Shown here in pieces: positions 12,601 to 26,171 of a DNA stretch of 64,000 nucleotides (position 1 is the stretch's first letter; each line of letters begins with the position of its first letter). The notes beneath the pieces were generated by a model. That model was not told the DNA's origin, did not search any database, and was given only the letters and a program-made list of their open reading frames with translations. This DNA is from Camelus dromedarius (Eukaryota): assembly GCF_036321535.1 (NCBI RefSeq), contig NC_087436.1:93870001-93934000 (forward strand), in the 5' to 3' direction. The position numbers and the translations under genes are program-made.

Positions 12601-12879
12601 CTGATTTCTTTTTTCTTTCTGTCATAGTGTAATGCCTACTAGAAATTCTGTAAAGATTAAAATTTGTTTTTGCTAGTAGCACTATGAGTGAAACAAGAGA
12701 GGGGTTAGCTCTTTTCAATTTTAGAACTGACTTAAAATTTTCTTTTCATTTGCAAGTTTTGAAAATGTTCTCTTTATAGTGTTCAAGCTTCATTTAAAAT
12801 TATTCTCAGATAATAACAATTATGGGAAATGAGCTGTGTTCACCAGCTCTGCAACTAGGATGGCAAATAGATATAATCT

Positions 12880-12992
12880 ATTAAATAAGTATCTGTTGAA
12901 TGCCCATTACTTGCCAGGCACTGCTCTAGGTGTTGGGATATAGCAGTGAATAAACAGACCAAAGTCCTACACTCGTGAAACTAACCTCCTAC
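12880..12992 (-). mobile_element. L2 3' end
   Basis: gtatctgttgaatgcccattacttgccaggcactgctctaggtgttgggatatagcagtgaataaacagac. Confidence 0.8.
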
Positions 12993-13134
12993 TGAGGTTT
13001 ATTTTCTGTTGAGGTGCCAACTCTAATAGAAGGCCCGCCTGTCAGGCTCTGGCAATAAGAATCAGGAGACCATACCAGGGGTGAGGTGTGGGAGAGTCCA
13101 GGACTGTGCTGTATTTACCATCCTCACTGAAGAG

Positions 13135-13442
13135 CAGTGCTGTCCAATCAGGCAGCCACTTGCTACATGTGGCTATTGAGCACTTGAACTGTGGCTAGTC
13201 CAAACTGAGATATACTTTAAATAAAAAAATACACACTAGATTTCAAAGACTTAGCAAGAAAACAAGAGAGGAAAATATCTCATTAATAATTTCATATTGA
13301 TGGCATATTGAAATAAAGCAACATTGTAGATAGATTAAACATTATTAAAGTTAATTTCATATTTATATTTTTTAAAAATGTGGCCACTAGAACATTTTGA
13401 TATTATACATGCAGCTTATTATATTTCTGCATGACAGTGCTG
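13135..13442 (+). mobile_element. MER33-like hAT-Charlie MITE
   Basis: Imperfect TIRs cagtgctgtc / gacagtgctg; internal atgtggctattgagcacttgaa, gatttcaaagacttag. Confidence 0.82.
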
Positions 13443-15161
13443 ATAGAGTGTTATGTCCTGACTTGAGTCCACATAATACCACAAACTTTTTAACCAGCAC
13501 AGGCAGGAGGCAACGCTATGAAAAAGTGAAATGTGTTGGCTTCTCCTTTTACTTGCCCTTCTTTTAGTTGCTGCCTGATGCCTCAGTCTTCTGTCTGGAA
13601 CTCCATCTCTCAGACACCTTTCATGGAGCTATTTCCAGGCAGTTTTCCATGCTTCAGAACTGTCCCACCCTATCAGAACTTTACTGTTCAGAGTCCTTTT
13701 CGTGTGAGATATTTAGCTTTCTAAGATGCTAATAGTTTCTGATAGTTTAGCATATCATCCTACAGTATGTGTCCATTAAATGCATATACCCTATAATAAA
13801 ATGCCTTAGCTGAGAGAAGTCAATCTCAGTAGCTGTGATTTTGTGCCTAATAATAGAGCTGGAGCACTTTTTCTTCCTGGCACAGAAGCACAGAGACTAT
13901 AATCCCACCTTGTCCACCACTGTCCGTTGTGATCAAGACCAGCCAAGTCCTCCTTACACATCCTCCCTCTCTAGTATATGGACACCATTTCACAGCTCAC
14001 AAAGTGCTTTTGCAGGTTTCTCATTTTAGCTTTCCATCATTTTCATGAAATAGGTAAGGATGGACTTATTCGTTGATTTAAATACAAGATTTTAAAAAAT
14101 GAAACCAGGAGGCTATAGGTCTTCTGGCTGTTGAGGTCTATGGAGGAGGTGTCCCAGATGATCCATGGGGATGTGGAGAATAATGGAAAAGGAAAGTGAA
14201 AATGTCCTAAAGGTCTTAGCTGTGGGATGGAGGAGAGTCAAGGTGGGGGTGCGGGAAACAGTAGGGCTGGATTAGAACATTACAGTGGAAGTTATACGGC
14301 ATCTCAGGGGGTAACTTATTTACAAATAATACTAAGGACATATGTTCTGCTGTAGAGGACAGGAAGAGGCATAGAATGGGGGAATAAGGGTATAATAGAA
14401 AGCATATTAACTTGTTGAAATGAGCAAACATAGAGAAAAAGGAAAAGAGAAAACCAAAATCTAAATTAAACTGATCAATATTACGTAAGGTAAAACATTA
14501 GATGTGATGAGCTGAATGTACCCATTAAAAAGCTGAAACTGCCAGATCTGGTGAAAAAACAAAATTCAGCCGTATGGTAGCTACAAGGAATATGCCTAAC
14601 AAAGTATCAAAGAAAGCATATGTAAAGAAAAAGAAAACAGGCTAGTAACATGAATATCAGACAGATGAAATTAAGATTGAAAGCACCAAACAAGATGAAG
14701 AACATTATGTAAGCACAGAAAATTAGGTAAAGAAATTTGCAAAATTTTATATTTATTTATAAAGATAAAGGAAGTAAACATTTATCATGGACTTAATCAT
14801 CAGTAGAAAATAAAACTAAACATTAAAAGAACAAAGAATCTATTTTAAGAAATCAGCAATGAGAAAAGGGGAAACAAAATAGCCAGAGAAATAAGGAAAA
14901 GGTATTAAGGCTAAAAGCCAAAACCAATTAAATAAGAAACAAAAATGATAGCGAGGACAAATAAATCTGGTTCTTTGAAACAATTAATGAAATAACCGCC
15001 CCCACCTCTTCCCTCCCCACACACTGCAAGGGGCAGAAAGAGGCAAAATGAAGAAAGAGGAAGAAGTCACACACCCAGATACAGAAGAGATTAAAGGAAT
15101 AGTTACAGAGATTACTTCATGCAATTTTATGGCTGCAGTTTGAAATTTTAGAAGAAATTAA

Positions 15162-16108
15162 AGATACATGCACCCCACAACAAACTAGTGAGTATAACAG
15201 AAAAAAAACCAGACTCACAAATGTAGAGAAGGAACTAGTAGTTACCAGTGGGGAGGGGGAAGGAGGAGGGGTAAGACGGAGGTGGGAGGATTAAGAGGTA
15301 CAAACTATCAGGTATAAAATAAACTACAAGGGTGTATTGTACATGAGGAATATAGCCAATATTTTATAATAACTATAAATGGAGTATAACCTTTAAACAT
15401 TTGTGAATCACTATATTGTATACCTGTAACATATAATACTGTACATTAACTACACTTTAATTTAAAAATATATTATAAAATAAATACATAAATAAATAAA
15501 AAATGGTTTAAAAAAAGATACATGCACCCCGTTGTTCACAGCAGCACTATTTACAATAGCCAAGACATGGAAACAACCTAAATGTCCATCAATAGATGAC
15601 TAGATAAAGAAGTTGTGATATATTTATACAATGGAATACAACTCAGCCGTAAAAAATAATAAAATAATGCCATTTGCAGCAACATGGATGGACCTGGAGA
15701 CTGTCATTCTAAGTGAAGCAAGCCAGAAAGAGAAAGAAAAATACTGTATAATATCACTTATATTTGGAATCTAAGAAAAGAAGAAATGTACTTATTTACA
15801 AATAGAAATAGACTCACAGACATAGAAAACAAATCTTTGGTCACCAGAGGGGGAAGTGGGTAGGAAGGTATAATCTGGGAGTTTGAGATCTGCAGATACT
15901 AGCTAATATATACAAAATAGATAAACAACAAGTTCATACTGTATAGCACAGGGAACTATATCCAATATCTTATAGTAACTTATGGTGAAAAAGAATGTGA
16001 AAACAAATATATTCATGTTCATGTATGACTGAAGCATTATGCTGTACACCAGAAATTGACACAACATTGTAAACTGACTATACTTCAATAAAAAAAAAAT
16101 AAAAAAGG
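15162..16108 (+). mobile_element. Camelid-type L1 3' fragment (ORF2 end, 3' UTR, poly-A)
   Basis: gatacatgcacccc.gttgttcacagcagcactatttacaatagccaagacatgg...ctatacttcaataaaaaaa; TSD agaagaaattaa (15150-15161 / 16109-16120). Confidence 0.9.
15177..15513 (+). mobile_element. Artiodactyl-type L1 3' end nested in the younger L1 fragment
   Basis: L1 3' UTR with A-rich tail; perfect 17-bp TSD aaagatacatgcacccc (15160-15176 / 15514-15530). Confidence 0.9.
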
Positions 16109-17319
16109 AGAAGAAATTAATGATTTTCTGGTAAAAAAAAAATAAGCAAGTAAAATTAACCCCCAAAGAAGTAGACAATGTGAACAGACCAATTATTATA
16201 GAAGAGATTGAAAAGATAACTTGAAGTCTTCTATCAGAAAAGGGCACCGAAGCCGTATGGCTTCCCTGCTATATCTGACTTTAAAAAAAAGAGATAATTA
16301 TCAAATTGTTTACCATTCCAGACGAAACTCTCCTAATTCATTGTATAAAATGTCAAACTTTAATACCCAAAACTGAAAAATATAGTATAATAACATAAGT
16401 ACAGACCAATCTCATTTATGAATGTAGATGCAAAAATTCAAAATCTGACTGTGTAGCAAAAGAATAATATACTATGGCTAAACAGGATTTATTCCAGAAC
16501 ATAAAAATGGTTCATTCTCAAAAATCTATTACATCAATAAAGAAGAAAAATATAAGCATATCAATAAATGCTAAGAACGTAGCCAATGGAACTCAGCAGC
16601 CATTCCTGATAAAATCTCTTAGAAAAATAACAGTAGAAGGAAACCATTTAACTATGGTTAGTAATGGCAAGCAAATATGCAATGGCAAAACTCAGCAAGC
16701 AAATATGCAATGGCAAATCACAAAAAACATTTCAATAAAAAATTAGGATGGCTTCCATCACCAGTATTATTTACATTGCCTTATATGTTTTGACAAGCAA
16801 AGAAATGAAAATAACTGTCACCTATCTTGGAGAAAATGAAGAAGGACCTCCACTATACACTAATATAAAATACATTCCTGGAAGATTAAAAACTTAAAGG
16901 TAAAAATATAACTCAATGAAGATATCACACAAAGAAATCTAGGTTATTATATATTCAATTTAAAGGGTGAGGTAATATCTCTGACCATGACTGAAAAATT
17001 CTGAAACTCTAAAAGAAAAGACATATATACTTCACTATATAAAAATGGCTGTCCTTGTATGACAAAAGATATAAACAAAGCAATAAACAAACAATGGACT
17101 TGGAAACATACTTTTATCCTTTGGTTTTTTCCTAGATGCATTATTTACACATTTAGAGGGGAAAAGGCTATTTTGTCTGTGGAAATCATATCTGATAAGA
17201 GCTAGAGAATCTCTGAAGAAAAAGAAAGCATATGCACATACAGTATCAGGGTCTGCTTAATCCTACTCATTCACACTACGTGTGGTCCATGTGTCCTCAA
17301 TTAAGAATTCCTCAATAAC

Positions 17320-18168
17320 AACAACAAAACAAATCACTGCATTAAAAACGGGCTAAAACTTGAATAGATATTTCTCCAAAGAAGATACAGAAATGGCCAA
17401 AAGCATATAAAAAAAATACTCAGCTTCTCTAATTATCAGGAAAATGCGAATTAAAACCACAATGAAATATCACCTCACACCCGTTAGAATGGGTACTATT
17501 TAAAAAAAAGAAAGAAAAGAACATGTTTTGGTGAGGATGTGGAAAATCTGGAACGCTTTTGCGCTGTGGTGGAACTCTTAACTTGATGTAGCTGCTGTGG
17601 AAAGCAGTATGCCAAATTCTCAAAAATTTAAAAATAGCTTTATATGATCCAGCAATTCCACTTCTTGGCATATACCAAAAGAATTAAAAGTAGGATCTCA
17701 AAGAAATTATTAATGCATCCATGTTTATAGCAGCATTATTCACTGTAGCCAGGAGGTGGAAGCAACCCAAGAGTCTCTCAACAAATGAATGGATAAACAA
17801 AATGTGGTAAATACATATTATTCAGCCTTAAAAAGGAAATTCTGACACATGCTACAACATGGATGAACCTTGAAGATATTATGCTAAGTTAAATAAGCCA
17901 ATCACAAAAAGACAAATATTTATATGAGGTATTTACAGTATCAAATTAATAGAAACAGGAAATAGAATGGTGGTTTCAGGGAACTAGGGAGAAGGGGAAA
18001 TGCGAAGTAGTTGTTTAAAGGGAATAGAGATTCAATGTTGCAAGATGAAAAAGTTCTGGTGATTGATTGCACAACAATGTGAATATACTGAACATTACCA
18101 AACTACGTATTTTTAAATGGTTAAGATGGTAAATTTTATGTTATGTGTATTTTATCACAATTACCAAA
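17320..18168 (+). mobile_element. L1MB-like ORF2 end and 3' UTR
   Basis: tatgatccagcaattccacttct, gaatggataaacaaaatgtgg, aatggttaagatggtaaattttatgttatgtgtattttatcacaat. Confidence 0.9.
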
Positions 18169-18498
18169 AAAACCCCTCTGCCTTACACATTTTCTACACA
18201 TATAATTTTAACTACTATAAGCATATACAAATGATCTCCAGATTTGTAAACCCCAGTACAAACCTCTGCCCTTTTGTGCTGATTTATAGCTCTGATTGCA
18301 TGCTGGTCTTCTTTTACTGGGTTATACCCCACTGGCTTTTCAAACCCAGCATGCCCAAAATTGTTTTACCCATAAACTTGGTCCTCCTCCTATTTCCTAT
18401 TGTATCCCTATGAGTGAATGAATGCACCTTGGATTTTTTTCATAGGACTCTAATAATCTGTCTCATATTTAGATAATGGGTCATTTGAGTCATGTTAT

Positions 18499-20415
18499 TT
18501 TTTGTAACAGTTTTATTGATATGTAATTCACCTACCATACAGTTCACTCATTTAAAATACACAATTCATAGCTTTTAGTGTAGTCATAGAGTTGTGCAAC
18601 ATTAACTATAATCAATTTTAGAATCATTTCATCACCTTCCTCCAAAAATCCTGTACTTTTTAGCTTTCTTTCCCAGCTCTAAGCAACCACTAATCTACTT
18701 GCTGTCTTGGTAGAAGTGTCTATTTTGGACATTTCTGGTAAATGGAATCATATAATATGTGCTCTTTTGTAAGTATTTTCTTTCACTTAGCATAATGTTT
18801 TCAAGGTTCACCCGTGCTGTAGCATATATTAGTACTTTGTTACTTTTTCTGGGTAAATAATATTGCATTTGTATGGACAAATCACATTTTCTTTGTCCCT
18901 TCATTAGTCAATGAACATTTGGGTTGTTTCTAGTTTTAGGCTATTATGAATAATGCTGCTATGAACATTCGTATCCACGTTTTTGTGTGGTTTTTCACAG
19001 TGGCTGCACCATCTTACATTTCCACCAGCAATGTACGTGGATTTAGTTTCTGTACATCCTCGTCAACACTTGTTATTTTCCATTTTTCTGTTTGTTTTGT
19101 TTTGTTTTTATTCTCTCCATCTTAGTGGGTATGAACTGGTATCTCATTGTGATTTTGATTTGAATTTCCTTAGTGACTAAGAGTATTGAGCATCTTTTCA
19201 AGTGCTTATTGGCCATTTGTATACTTTCTTTGGAGAAATGTCCTTTTGGCAAATGTCCAGATCTTTGTCCATTTTTAAGTTGGGTTTTTTGGTCTTATTA
19301 TTGAGTTCTTAATGAATTCTACATACAAGTCCCTTATCAGTTATACGGCTGGAAAATATTTTCTTCCATTCTTTGGGTTGTCTTTTGGCTCTCTTGATAG
19401 TGTCTTTTGCATCACTAATGTTTTAACTTCTGATGATGTATATTTAAACTTTTGATGAAGCCCAGTTTATTTTTTCTTTTGTTGCTTGTGCTTTTGGTGT
19501 CATATCTAAGAAATTTACCTAATCTAAGGTCACACATTTATTCCTGTATTTTCTTCTAAGAGCATTATAGTTTTGACTCTTGCATTTAGGTCTTTGATCC
19601 ACTTTGCGTTTTATATATGGTTTGATGCAGGTGTCAATTTCACTTTTTTGCATGTGGATACCTAGTTGTCCCAGAACTATTTTTTAAGAAGAGACTGTCC
19701 TTTCCTGTTGAATGATCTTGATACCTTTGTCAAAACCAATTGACCATAAATATATGAGTTTATTTCTGGACTCTCAATTCTATTCCATTGATCTATATAT
19801 TTATCTTATGCCAGTACCACAATATCTTAAAACTGTTGCTTTGTAATAAATTTTGAAATTGAGAAACATGAGTCCTCCTCGTTTTTTTAAAAGATTATTC
19901 TAAGAGGTGGAGGGTATAGCTCAAGTGATAGAGTTCATACTTAGTATGCATGAGGTCCTGGATTCAATCCCTGGTACCTCCTCTAAAAATGAATAAATAA
20001 GCCTAATTACCTCCCCCCTCAAAAAAGATTATTTTAGCTATCCTAGGTCCTCTGAGTTTACATATAAATTTTAGGATAATCTTATCAATTTCCACAAAGA
20101 AATAGCATAGGAGTTTTACAAGGATTATGTTGAATCTGTAAATCAGTTTGGAGAGCATTGTCATTTAACAGTATTAAGTCTTTTGATCATGAACATGGGA
20201 TTTCTTTCCTTTTTTAATCTTCTTTAATTTCTTTCAACAATATTTGGTGGTTTTCAGAGTGTAAGTTTTGTACTTCTTTTGTTAAAATATTCCTAAGTGT
20301 TTCATTCTTTTTGATGCTGTTATAAATGGAATAATTTCTTAATTTCATTGTAGATCGTACATCACAATTTTCATATATTGATCCCATATCCTGCAACCTT
20401 GATGTACTTATTCAT
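18499..20415 (-). mobile_element. Old L1 (L1MB-like) 3' UTR and ORF2 part, antisense
   Basis: Antisense L1 hallmarks; minus ORFs read ENIMLSER and LTKEVQNLHSENHQILLKEIKED; interrupted by a SINE at 19904. Confidence 0.9.
19904..20022 (+). mobile_element. tRNA-Ala-derived camelid-type SINE (Vic-1-like)
   Basis: ggagggtatagctcaagtgatagag...ggattcaatccc...tail cctaattacctcccccc; TSD aaaagattatt(c/t)ta (19889-19902 / 20023-20036). Confidence 0.9.
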
Positions 20416-21974
20416 CACATTGTATTTTGTTTACGTACGTTTAAATCAGAAAATTATAAACCAAAAGAGTTTAAAATGGTTGAAATTATTGAGGTAGAGG
20501 GCATAGAAAAATCAATTTCCAATTAATTCTACACTTTATTTTATGAGTGTGGCTTTCACACCAAATTTTATTTCTGCTACTTTTTACAGGAAAATTCATT
20601 GTTTTTTCCATTAATTAACTGAAAGCGAGAGAATATAGAGATAATACTAAAAAGCAAAATGCAATTAGTAATATTTATTTTATCACAATTTCAAATGAAA
20701 TTAAGAGTTTTATACTTAACTAACAAATTTACTTATCTAACAAGCAGTTTCTCAATGATTTGGTTTGTCAGGAACCTTGTAGATATCTGGTAACTTGTTT
20801 GCTTATGATCTGGATAGCTATAGATAAAATTCAGATTGCCCCAGTCTAAATGTCAAGGTTTATATCAAGCACAACTTTTTATAGTTTCTTTAACTTTTTA
20901 AATTAGGCAAGATGTTATTTTCAAAGAACAAGGCCCCAGTTTACATCAGTACCTTAAAAAAATGAAGCTTTGTTTCAGTGGGCGATAATTATTGTGAAAG
21001 CATTTTTTGATGTGAGCACATTTTTCTGGATTTGCACTTTGCTTTAGAACACAGCACAGTCTTCATCTCCCTAAAGGTCCCTGAAAATTATTAAAATCAT
21101 TTACACATTCTTTGCAGCATTATAACACACTTATATATAAAGGTCACTCTGCTAGCAGCACTAACTGTTCTTGATCCCTTATAAAAGTAGTAGTATGTTA
21201 TAGTTTCACGTTACTGTTTCTTTTGACTGGTATATTGTAGTACTCTCTTTAAATCAGGACTATGAGTGACTTCACTCATTAATGGAGGGTTTTGAGCTTA
21301 TTTTGATAAAAGATTCACTGTCTACTGTTTACATTTAGGACTTAAAAGTCCCTCTTGCTTATATTTTCATTGTATGAAGATAGTGACTTAATTGATGTTG
21401 TTAATGCTGCTATTATTTCTGGCAATAATAGCAGTTATCTTTACCACTCTGTTTTGTCTCTGCTAATAAGATACATTTCTAAAAACTAATGTTAAAAGTG
21501 ACTCCAAGATTGTAGTCCTCAGGACTTCTACTTTGGCCCAATCTTAATCACCGAAAGCTAGGCTTTTCTAGAACATCATCTGTTGACCTCTGTTGACCAT
21601 CTGACATCTGCTGAATTATGTAAGTTCATCAAAAAAGTATTTGGCTAGGGTATAAAGGGCTTTTTTCCACAATAAAGGAACTGAAAGCAAAATCGTTGAT
21701 GGTATTAAATCAGTAAGATGTGTCCTATTTTTTCCTAAATTTTCAGGGATATTTTGCAGTAAATTATATGAACAATTGTCTTTGTGTGGCATGTCTTTCT
21801 TTTAGAAAGGGGTTTATTCTGAGGGTGCTTTCTAATGCTTTGAAACACCAGTACACACTTAGAACTCACAGCAACAGATAATGGGAGATGGAGTGGGTAG
21901 GAATAATCTTTCACTGGGTAACTAGGACTGAGATTTGCAAATAAAGTGGTTGGAAAAGAAGGAGTATCTCCAGC

Positions 21975-22528
21975 AGCCTAAGTGTCCTAAGTGATGGATA
22001 AAGATGTTGTGTGTGCATATGTATATATATACACACACACAATAGAATATTACTCAATAAAGAATGAAATCTTGCCATTTGGAACAATATGGATGGATCT
22101 AAAGGATATTATGCTTATTGGAATAAGTCAAACGGAGAAAGACAAATACCACATGATTTCACTTACACATGGAATCTGAAAAACAAAACAAACAAACATA
22201 ACAAAACAGAAACAGACTCATAGATATAGAAAACAAACTGGTGATTGCCAGGGAAGAAGGGAGGGAGGGGGATGAGTGAAATAGGTACAGGGGATTAAGA
22301 TGTACAGACTTCCAGTTATAAAATAGGTCACAGGGATGTAATGTACAGCATTGAGAATATACTCAATAATAATGTAATAATTTTGTATGATGATGGATTG
22401 TAACTAGATTTATGTGGTGATCATTTTATAGTGTATAAAAACATCAAATCACTATGTTGTACACCTGAAACTAATATAATCTTATAAGTCAAATATACTT
22501 CAATAAGGATTAAAATTAAAAAATAAAG
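21975..22528 (+). mobile_element. L1MA-like 3' end
   Basis: ORF2 end (ILPFGTIWMDLKDIML...QTEKDKYHMISL), 3' UTR and A tail; 18-bp TSD with 3 mismatches (21957-21974 / 22529-22546). Confidence 0.9.
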
Positions 22529-22617
22529 AGAAAGGGCATCTCCAGCCTGGAAATTTTTTTGTCAGGCAGTGACTGAGTCTTTAACTCTCTTAGTTGGGTT
22601 TTTGTTTTCAAACCTCT

Positions 22618-23010
22618 CAGGAATTATTAGCCTGGGGTCCATCAGTAGAATTTAGGGTGATCTTGGATGAAAAAATTAAATTTTTATTTACACTAAACTC
22701 TGAATAAAAGTTAGCATTTCCTTTAACAATGAATGTAGGCAACATATGATGCGAGTATTAGCGATAGCTGTGGCTTTCCACTGAAAGAAATCACAGACGT
22801 TTTCATATCACATTACAGTTGTTGCAGATATCTTAGAAATATTGTTTAAGCTAATTCAAATTTATGATAATTAGAACCCCGATCTTGTTATTCAATGTGT
22901 TAGTAAGGAAGAACATACATTATCATATAAAAATTGATAACAGTATTTCAATATATTTTATTTTTTAACATGTATTTCATTTAATTCATTTAAAAACATT
23001 ACTCTTAGAA
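22618..23010 (+). mobile_element. MER113-like hAT-Charlie element
   Basis: gaaatcacagacgttttcatatcacattacagttgttgcagatatc and flanks resemble MER113. Confidence 0.75.
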
Positions 23011-24985
23011 CAAGTAAAGAACTCAGCAAGTGTAGGCTTAGGTACAGTGGGACTTGCAAGGGGTTCTAGGGAGGGGGCTGCCTCTGTGTGGTCACTGAAC
23101 ACGCCCCATCCGTTTGCTCCCTGTGTCTGAAAGGAACTCTGCCAGTTTCAGTATCCGCCAGGAGACCGGGTCCTGGCTAGCTCCAGTCCAGAAGCTGATC
23201 TTGACAGGAGAAGTCCTTGTGTTGACCTGTGGCCAACTTGAAAACATACATGAAAATGCATCTCCTCAGGATCTGCTAAAACTAGATTCAAACTGAGGGT
23301 GGTCCTTTGGCCAACCTTGGATCATCTTGATTTCAGATTTTCACCCTTGAACCAAGCCCTGGGGTTGTAAGATGAGCCAGGACCTGCTGAATGGGGTCCC
23401 TCTGCCACCACTGCATTTATGACTTAATTTGCCACTAAACACCTTGGAGAAAGTATTGATAGTAGCCACCCCAAACCATCAATCAGAAGTGGGAGAAACA
23501 TAATGATGAAGGCATGAGTTTCACAAGCAGTCATTTTAGTGTTTAGACTAGGAGTACTGAAAAGACAAAATGATAATTTGTTCAAGGAAAAGTCAACCAT
23601 CTAACACTGTGGTTTAGTTAAATCAACACATTTCAGTTATAGGTGTTTACCGCACATTTAAAGTGATCTTGCAAGTAAAAAGTTCGGCTTACCATGCATA
23701 AATACCTCTAGGTCCATCTGGTATTTCTAGTTTTTCATGTTTGTAGAATGAGAATGAAAAGGGAAGAAGTTGCCTTGTTTTCACTCACCTTAAACAGTAA
23801 TACTGTGTGTAACAAACAGAATTTGCTGTGCAGCTGGAATTGCCCTTCTGCTTGCTTGTTTACCTAAATTTTTAGTCTTGGAGATATTGGGTAAAGAAAG
23901 AGTCTTAAAAATAGAAGCCCTGGGTTCTAATCCTGATACTCCCCTTGCTAAAATTAATTATGTTCTTGTACAAGTCCCTGTATTTTCTGTGACATAGGGA
24001 TCGTGGGAAGAAATGAAAAAGGTGGGAGAGAGAGAAAATCAGTGTGAAGTTTTTTGCATTTGTTGGAAAGTTGAACAAACATGTTATTATAAAATATTTT
24101 TAAGATTTCTGCTAGTTATAGTGTGCCTGGCAAATAGCAAGTGAAGTTTTATTGATTTGAATTTGTTTGACGTTAGTATTGCTCCTTATGTTTCAAAGCA
24201 CTTTGTAATAAATAACGAACTAATCAGGTAACTTATTAGTGGTTTTTATACTTTTTGTTGATTGTCATATAAAGAGCAAGGTGGTAGTAGACTGTAGCTA
24301 AAATTTGTCAATGTGGAGACTCCTCTGAAAGAGGAGATAAGAGAATTTACTATAATACATTCAGGTGTAGAATATCGTCTGGAACATGGTAACTCTTCAG
24401 TAAATATTGAATGATAAAAGAGAAGAGCCCAAACATCACATCTTCAAAGTAATGCTATATTAATTGTATATAGATTATACATAAATTTTCATTAGTGGAG
24501 AAGATTGGAGCCAATCTTTCTTTTAAATCCACTAATTCTAGGTTGGGACAATAAATACTGTAATTTAAGAATTTAACCTATTGCTTTTCTCTCCCATAAC
24601 CCTTTAGCTTATTATTATTTGCAGAGTTTGCAGTTAATAACAGTGTACAATTTTGTGGCAGAGGAAAGGAAACATTACTAATAGAAAGAATGCATTGTAT
24701 TTTTGCCATTGTATTATAGATAAGGCATGTGGAGCAGTAATGGCAGACATTCTGACCTTGCTTTAATTAAGAATGTTTCATAGCAGCTGACTCCTGGCTT
24801 TAAAATACCCCTTCCCCACACATAATTAAATTATCTCCTTGTGGCTTTCATTATTTTCATTTCTTTATGTTAAGTTACAGCCCAGTAAGCTGAGTAAGCA
24901 GAAAAAAATAGACCATAGTCCTGGTTCTTCCATATTCTTAAATAAGTTTCTTCATTTCTCTAGGTTTTGATTTCATGCTCTTGAG

Positions 24986-25322
24986 TAGGGGTTGGCGAAA
25001 TATGAATCACAAGCCAAATCCAGCCTATCACCTATTTTTATACAGCCCACGAGCTAAGAGTAGTTTTTATGTTTACAAACAGTTGAAAAAAAATCAAAAG
25101 GAGAATAATATTTCATGGCATACAAAATTATGTAAAATTCAAATTTCAGAGTCCGTAAATAAGGTGTTATTGGCACATAGCCAGGCTAATTTGTTTATGT
25201 GTTTTCTATAGCTGCTTTCACACTAACAGTGGCAGAATTGAGTAGCTGTGACAAAGACTGGCTGGCTCTCAAAACGTATACTTACTAACTGGCCCTTTAC
25301 AGGAAAAAGTTTGCTGATCTTG
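24986..25322 (+). mobile_element. MER58B-like hAT-Charlie MITE
   Basis: TIR-like taggggttggcgaa / tttgctgatcttg; cagcccacgagctaagag, ggccctttacaggaaaaagttt. Confidence 0.85.
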
Positions 25323-26171
25323 CTTTAGGCTGTGTAATGGATGAAAGAATTTTATTAAACTATATGAAATGAAAATATAGGTAGGCTTTTCAATAAATAA
25401 AAACAATTTTAGATATTTCTAAGTGGATTGAAGGATAATCTTTAAAATGAATTTGGTAAGATAAAAGAATATTCTGAATGAAAAGCTAAGCTGCTTTTGC
25501 ATCAAAAATGTCCTGGCTGCTTCCTCCAAGTAATCTTTCAGTTTTTTTCTTAAACTGATGTTTTAATATTCTGGTTTTATTCAGAATTTAACCATAAAAA
25601 TCAAAGAAAGATCAGTCAGAGTTAATTCCGCCTGATAGGTAGTCAGAATGAAATTCTTGAGTGGGTGAGACCGAGGTTTTAGTTTTGGTCCCACCACTTA
25701 TTACCCAAGAAATATGGTAGTTAACATCTTTCAACCTCAGTTTTCCCATCTGTAAAGTGGCAATAACCACATTTAGCTCTAGGGCCAGACTAGACATGAG
25801 GGCACCACAGGTATTAATTTGGTGCCTTCACTTCAAGCCAACATTCTTTATTTATTTACTAATTGTTAATGGGAGTGAAAAGAAACTAATTTCCTACTGA
25901 CAAAAATAAATTGCCCCATTTTTTGATGTTCAAAATAAGGGATTTCTTACATTAAGGGATTTGGAATCACCTTTCACTTTGCAGCTTTTTCCATCACTGA
26001 CAACTATGTCTGCCATCAAGGATTATGCTAATTTACATGGGTATATTTATTAAATATCATTCAAAATACACTTTAAAGGTCTTTTTTTCTTCTTTCTATA
26101 CTTGCAAAACATTTCCTATCTTGTCTTTGTGTGTCTGTGTGCTCATACACATGTGTTTTGTATGTAATTTT

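Larger units (their letters stand above)
14390..17140 (+). mobile_element. Very old, deleted L1 ORF2 remnant hosting younger L1 inserts
   Basis: Endonuclease-start-like sequence near 14500, tggttctttgaaacaattaat, cagaccaatctcatttatgaatgtagatgcaaaaatt, cagccattcctgataaaa; many stops and deletions. Confidence 0.75.
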
